This document shows positions 54,379-64,000 of a stretch of 64,000 nucleotides of DNA, one piece after another; the stretch's first letter is position 1; the number at the start of each line of letters is the position of its first letter. The stretch is from Bugula neritina (Eukaryota > Animalia > Bryozoa), in the NCBI GenBank assembly GCA_964035545.1, contig OZ037769.1:17204633-17268632 (forward strand), read 5' to 3'. The notes beneath the pieces were generated by a model. It was not told the DNA's origin. It searched no databases and worked only from the letters and a program-made list of their open reading frames with translations. The translations under genes and the position numbers were made by a program.

Positions 54379-55275
54379 CCGACCGTGACTGAGTATTACA
54401 AAACTTCGACAAATAATACAATGCTGCCAATTCGAAGTTTTTAAATTTTGAACAATTTCATTTAAATAAAAAGAATTTTAAATTAAAAAAACAATTAGTT
54501 TTGTACTACTCACAATTTGAAATTTTAACTCTTTCTATTCAGCATTGCACAATTACTAATTGGTTGTAGATGTGAGAAGACTACTCCCAAATTGTAACAT
54601 CGATTACCGATGAAATAATGAACAATGCTATTTACATGTATGTGGATGCTCACATTCACTGAACAAGAAATAATAACCAGTTCATCGAGCACAGTCTTTA
54701 TAAATAGATGAATAGTTATATAATTATATCCTTTGGCAACCATGTACTATGTTTACAATTGTATGTGTATGTAATATTATACAGTTGTAATATATTTCAT
54801 GCATGTTTGCATGTATGTAAAGTATTATATCATATTAACTGTTTAGAATATATTATATGGTTTTGCTTGATATTTTATGATTTTATTAATATATAGAGTA
54901 TATTGCATGATTATACAATAATAACAATATATTATTATAATAGGTTGATAGATGTATGCTGGAAATATGCAAGGTGTAAAGAGAAGATTAATCTGATATA
55001 ATAATATGACATATTATGCCATTCATATTCATATACTGTATAATATATTCTCTATAAATACACCAAATAGATATACCACATTAATATACTGTATATAATA
55101 GATATACAGTATATATATAGACATTAGACTAACTGTATATAGATGATATGTAGTGACTCATTAGCTCACTATAAGCAGTGGCAGCATTACATGGTCACCT
55201 CTGGCTGCCACAAGTTATTGTTTACGAAAAGTAAGTCAGTGCAAACAGCAGGTTGAGTTGCTGCCGTGCTGCCGC

Positions 55276-58748
<3,473 letters not shown>

Positions 58749-59847
58749 GGTTAGAGAACTATCTATCGTATATCCATCAACTGAGTGAATCTAGTATCAC
58801 CTTTGGTAGTGTATAGCTGGAGTATTATGAGCTGCCTTCAAGTAAGCGCTGCTGCCTGCCTTCTGTCTGCTGCCAGTGCATAGTTTAGCTCTGCTATACC
58901 TCACATTGCTAGCTAATAACTTAATAACTCTATAACATCTTTTAATAATTTCCTACGTCTGAGGTGGGGGGAGATAAATATCCGCCCTGTAACTATAACT
59001 AGCATGTTGAAAACTCGGACTAATATGAAATGAGTTGCATTAATTAGTGGAGAGTAATAAATGATTGTTTTACTTGCTGTGGAAATTATTGTAATAGTCA
59101 TTAATACATGATGCTTATTATAAAATTAGCATCAAATATAGTAGAGAGGTTTGCATATGTCCAGAAACTCAGACTATGCGCAGTGACTACTCCACAGCCA
59201 GAGCTGTAAGGATATACATGCTGTTGATAAACAACTCAGTTAATCTTGTATAAATATATATGCTGGAATACAGAAGCACTATTCCAAGTTTCTATAAAGT
59301 TTATATATTCAAAATAATATACTTTAGTATCAACAAATCATGCACATGTTGACCTATGAGAATAGAGCTACTAGAAAGCACTGTGGAACACTGTGTGCAC
59401 TGGGTTATTGCTAAATTTCTGCAGATAATACTTCCACAGCTCATGGATGAAAATTGTTAAACAATTTGACCTATTTCTGTAACCTACCACTTGGATTCAA
59501 CATATGGTTATGTCTGGGTGAATAGTTGTATTCCCAGAGAGGGTATATGTGTGTTATATGTGGAAGTAGACATGTATATATTTAGTATAGAGTATGGGGC
59601 ACTGTACAGGTTATATGGTGGTAGTGTTACACAACTTAGTACTATAGTTACTGAGTACAACACAATTGACAATTATTATACATAAAATACATAACATATA
59701 CAGTATTTAGTAGCTGGAGCTATTCCTTCTGCATTCGTAATAATAAAGAGTTTTCTAAGGCCATACATGATACAATGCTGATGGCTTTGAGGGTTCATGT
59801 TAGAATCAACGTTAACCAACATGCTGAAGGGAGAGACTGGGCTAAGT

Positions 59848-62800
59848 TCAAGGTCGTGCGTCGCCAAGAGACTTGGGAGAGAAAGCCAGTCTGGAAACTG
59901 CTTTCTGCTTAACCAACATCGGCTTAGAAGCTGTGCTGGAGGCAGCATACGAGCTGACTACGCTGCCAGCATAAGTTTTGTTAGGATCTAAAGGGATAGC
60001 CTTAGGCACTTGTGTGACAACCTCTGGGGTGGGGCTGGCCGGATCATTGTGCACTGGTTGAGTAGGTATGTAGACGGGCTGAGTCGAGTCTAGCATTACG
60101 TTGAGTTCGTCGGGAGAGTTGGGACTCGGCTCAACTCGTGACGGGTTCTTCACCTGCGAGTATCTCCCAGCCTGAAGCCCAGCAGCCTGCGCAGCATACG
60201 AGGTGGTGCTAGACTGGCGCTGGACCACCTCCGGCTTACGCTGAAACCCCTTTGGCTGACTGATGACCGGCGTTGGAAGGAGTGCAGGGCGTTTGGACGA
60301 GTCGACAGGAGGGAAGGACTTTGTCCTGCTGACGATACTCTGAGACGGAGCCTCCTCCGACTTGGCAGCCGGCAGAGTGCGAGTCGGCACTGGAGAAGTC
60401 CTTTGCCACTCAGAAGGAACACCCGGAGACTTCTGTTGAGCTGTAGGAGGAGTCGGCGATGTGGGACTGGCTTGACTCTCGCCTGGCTTGCGCTTCGGAA
60501 TTTTAGGCAGCGACTTGAGGTCACTCGCTCCGTAGAAACCCATTTTGATGTTGTCAAGAGGAGACGGCCTGCTTGCCGAGTCCAGCCCTCCGATAAATAC
60601 GGGAGGCGTTTTGGGAGTTTTCTTCTTTTTCTCTGATGGCTGTTTCTTGACCTTCTCTTTGGGAGACCCCCGATCCTCCTGCGGTTTGATGTTCAGGGAC
60701 GGCGTTGCACTCGCTGAAAGATCCAGCTTAGTCTGAGCTGATTTGGACTTGGACAGTTTCCCCGACACCTTATTACTGATTGTCTTCTTTCCAGGAGAAC
60801 TCGGTGCCTGGTCACATGACCTGCTTTCCTTTAACTTGATCTCAGTCGAGTCGGAACGCTTCAACTTCTTCTCATTAGCAGGTTTGATCACTTTCTTTTC
60901 TTCTTTCTTCACCCGAGAGTCTATAATCATGGTGGAGACCTTGGCTTCCGGGAGTTGATGTTCCTGTTTCATCGGCCGCTGTGAAGAGTCAAAAAAGTCG
61001 GAAATTGTCTTCACGATATGTTTCTTGTCTTCTTTGTTGTCGTGCAGCAGCTGAGCCAAGTGAGACTCCTTTGAGTTGAGTCGACCAGTTGACGGAGGGT
61101 TGAGGGAGGAGAGAACCGTCTGCATGTAAGTGGGCGGTATCACACTCATGTCATTCTTCATTTTCATTGATTGATTGATAGAGACAGACGGCATCATGAG
61201 AGAGGGCTGATCAGCAGGCTCTAACTTCACTCGGGACGCCATTTCCCGGGAGAAGTCTTCATTGTCACTCTTCTTCCTTTTCTTAGTAGCAGCAGCCGGC
61301 GACATGGAAGCAGCGGGCTGAGAATTTCCTTCCGAAGTTCTCCGTTTCTTGCGAACAGCTTTAGGCTTCTTATCGGCCGCAGCTGAATTGTCAGAGCTTT
61401 GCAGGAGATCAGACAGAGTGGTGGTGAACTGGTGTTGAGAGGTGGTATACTGGTGCTGAGAGGTACTCTGGGATTGATCAAAGGGAACAGGGAAGACTGA
61501 AGGTTTGATGTCAGGATATGGGTTGACATTGTCTTTGTCATCTAGCAGGCTGGACAACATTGGAGTGTTGTTCAGTTTAGACTTCTCGCTAGCCTGAGTG
61601 GGAATAGTGGTGAGAGCCAAGGCGGGTGGCGGAGCTTTGCCCCCGTAAGGTGCTAAGGAGTTGGGAGGGTTGAGATTGGTAAAGCAGGAGCGTTTGTATC
61701 CAGAGAACCTGCGCAGACAGAGCTTATAGTTGTTGGTCTCTATAGTTTTGGAGTAAGATGGAGAGGAGGTGTTGACGGAGCCGTACGGCATGTAATGACC
61801 TCGAGCTGAGTACACGGAGAACATCGTGTTCATTATCTCTCCGTGGTCTGCCTTCACTTTCTTTGTTGCAGGAGGTAGATTCTCTTCCTGATGACCGGCT
61901 TGCTGAAGTATAGCTCTCATCGTGATGGGAATCGAGAAACTCCTGGAAACATAAAGTATCACCATCAACCACACACACAGGGTGTGTGACAATAATTAGG
62001 ATGTTAACAGCGACTACCGACTAACCTTTGAACGACCTTGGAAGCGTGGATATTGCTGCAGATTTCACCGGAGCTACAGTGGATGACGGCCTTAGGTGAC
62101 CCGAGGTCGGTGAGGTCAAAGTCCACTGAAACAGGATGTGGAGCTAGTATGAGGGAGACAACTTCAACTTATACAAGTATGTGGAGCTAGTATGAGGGAG
62201 ACAACTTCAACTTATACAAGGATGTGGAGCTAGTACGAGGGAGACAACTTCAACTTATACAAGTATGTGGAGCTAGTATGAGGGAGACAACTTCAACTTA
62301 TACAAGTATGTGGAGCTAGTATGAGGGAGACAACTTCAACTTATACAAGGATGTGGAGCTAGTATGAGGGAGACAACTTCAACTTATACAAGGATGTGGA
62401 GCTAGTGTGAGGGAGACAACTTCAACTTATACAAGTATGTGGAGCTAGTATGAGGGAGACAACTTCAACTTATACAAGGATGTAGAGCTAGTATGAGGGA
62501 GACAACTTCAACTTATACAAGGATGTGGAGCTAGTATGAGGGAGACAACTTCAACTTATACAAGTATTACTAGACATTACTGATGCATTACAATAGTGTG
62601 AGATATGCTAAGCTTTGCTGAAGGTATTATTGCAGGTGTAATAGGACTTTATTTCCTATGTAAGTACATACAGAGTGTAAGTACATACAGAGTGTAAGTA
62701 CATACAGAGTGTAAGTACATACAGAGTGTAAGTATATACAGACAGCACATACCAGTAGCTATACTGTCAGCGTACACATACTGTCAGCGTATACATACCA

Positions 62801-63994
62801 GTAGCTATACTGTCAGCGTAGGGGTGTTTGAAAGTGGCCGTCAACAGCTGGTAGGTCACCACATTCAACTCCACACTCAGTGCTCTCGTCTTCACGGCAC
62901 CTAAACAGGGGAGATAATGATATGAGGTTACACCAGGATACCAGGAACTTAGTCTATATGAGTCACACACACACTAACAGAACCATAAGAAGAGACCTAA
63001 GCTGCTCGATCTCACACAGCTCATGATCAGAGTGTTGAGGAATAGTTGCTGTCGCAGCAGCCCGATCACGGACAGTATGAAGGCCGGGTGGGTGAAGGGG
63101 AGCTTCGTAACCAGACAGCCCAGCATTGGTTCTCCGCTAACCTTCAGCTCATTGATGAAATAATTCTGTACCTGACCAGGGAGAACCTATAAACACAGGA
63201 TATGACATCATCAACACAGGATATGACATCATCAACATACATACAGGGGCTGTGATGTCACGGAGACAGATAAACACAGGATGTGATGTCACGGAGACAG
63301 ATCAACACAGGATGTGATGTCACGGAAACAGATAAATACAGGATGTGATGTCACGGAGACAGATAAACACAGGATGTGATGTCACGGAGACAGATAAACA
63401 CCAACCACAGTGAAATTGTTGGTCGCAGGGGGTACTTTTACTCCACTCGACTCGACTATCGCATCCAACATGGGTTTCATCTGCAGACCTTCACTGAATG
63501 GACAAGCACCTGCAATATGAGAGTAATGACAGCTGGTAGCAGGTGCTTAGTGAGTATATACAGTGTAATGTAAGTATACAGCATACAGTGCAAGTATATA
63601 GTCCAAGTATATATAAAGTAAGTAGGAATAAGGTAAGTATATATAAAGTAAGAATAAGGTAAGTATATATAAAGTAAGAATAAGGTAACCCACCTGACAG
63701 CTTTTCAATCTGCCGAATGAGCTGATGACTCAGAGCCACGGGTTTCTTAAACTTGAGAATGAAGGCAGCCGGCAGCATGACGCTGTTGATGTTAGTCAGC
63801 GGGACAAACTGTGTGCCTCTGAAACAGCAAACAATGTCATGAGGAGACAACTCTGTGTACTGAGATGCTGAAAGCAACCGAAATGTATGAAATTATCTTC
63901 ACTTACGTTCTGTTATCAGAAAACCGGGAAACATTCACAAGAGGAATAGTTTGCAGCTGGTGAGACGCGGCCCGCTGTTCTATGCCAATGACTG
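59848..63994 (-). CDS. MED1: Mediator of RNA polymerase II transcription subunit 1 (3' part; 5' end off the right edge)
   Basis: Exons 63907-63994, 63694-63818, ~63405-63509, ~62996-63186, ~62800-62899, 62026-62126, 59848-61942. MED1 motifs NSVMLPAAFILKFKKPV, KLPFTHPAFI..LLRQQLFLNTLIMSCV, SKVVQRSFSIPITMRAI, then PMLSSLL (LxxLL) and a long S/K/P-rich IDR. Confidence 0.92.
62133..62567. repeat. Intronic 43-bp minisatellite x10
   Basis: gatgtggagctagtatgagggagacaacttcaacttatacaag, ending a few nt from a MED1 acceptor. Confidence 0.97.
63190..63401. repeat. Intronic 31-bp and 21-bp minisatellite filling a MED1 intron
   Basis: aaacacaggatgtgatgtcacggagacagat copies run from ~5 nt after the donor to ~2 nt before the acceptor. 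Confidence 0.92.
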
Positions 63995-64000
63995 CTGAGA

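Noticed and set aside
60150-61978. Alternative-frame and antisense ORFs within the large MED1 exon
   Set aside because: Expected by-products of a long GC-richer exon; no independent signals
62133-62567. CRISPR-like regular 43-bp array
   Set aside because: No unique spacers, eukaryotic intron, no cas genes

Overview
Gene-dense, AT-rich, intron-containing eukaryotic DNA from an invertebrate animal. A lophotrochozoan such as a bryozoan is a guess from gene structure and repeat style. Exons were stitched by hand with splice-phase checks. Recognisable genes: 5' part of mitochondrial succinate-semialdehyde dehydrogenase (ALDH5A1, -), selenoprotein S (-), VAP (-), a class II ARF (+), RPLP1 (-), the 3' part of MED1 (-), and an intron-containing tRNA-Arg(TCT). 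Also present: a membrane SEL1-repeat gene (+), an LRR/EGF type I receptor (+), four orphan multi-exon genes, and a 700-bp TIR element in VAP intron 1. Main observations: (1) SELENOS has an in-frame UGA, a candidate SECIS, no cysteine at all, and a stop-proximal hairpin hiding a 5' splice site, echoing the mammalian switch that controls Sec insertion. (2) Many introns carry their own minisatellite, and several are tandem amplifications of the splice site itself (about 43 GCA|GTAAGT donor copies in VAP; 19 acceptor copies, mostly AG|GT, in the LRR gene). (3) 3-nt-periodic ANT-type tracts repeatedly flank promoter-like CpG islands. The regions 3.7-5.6 kb and 8.3-14.3 kb could not be resolved.
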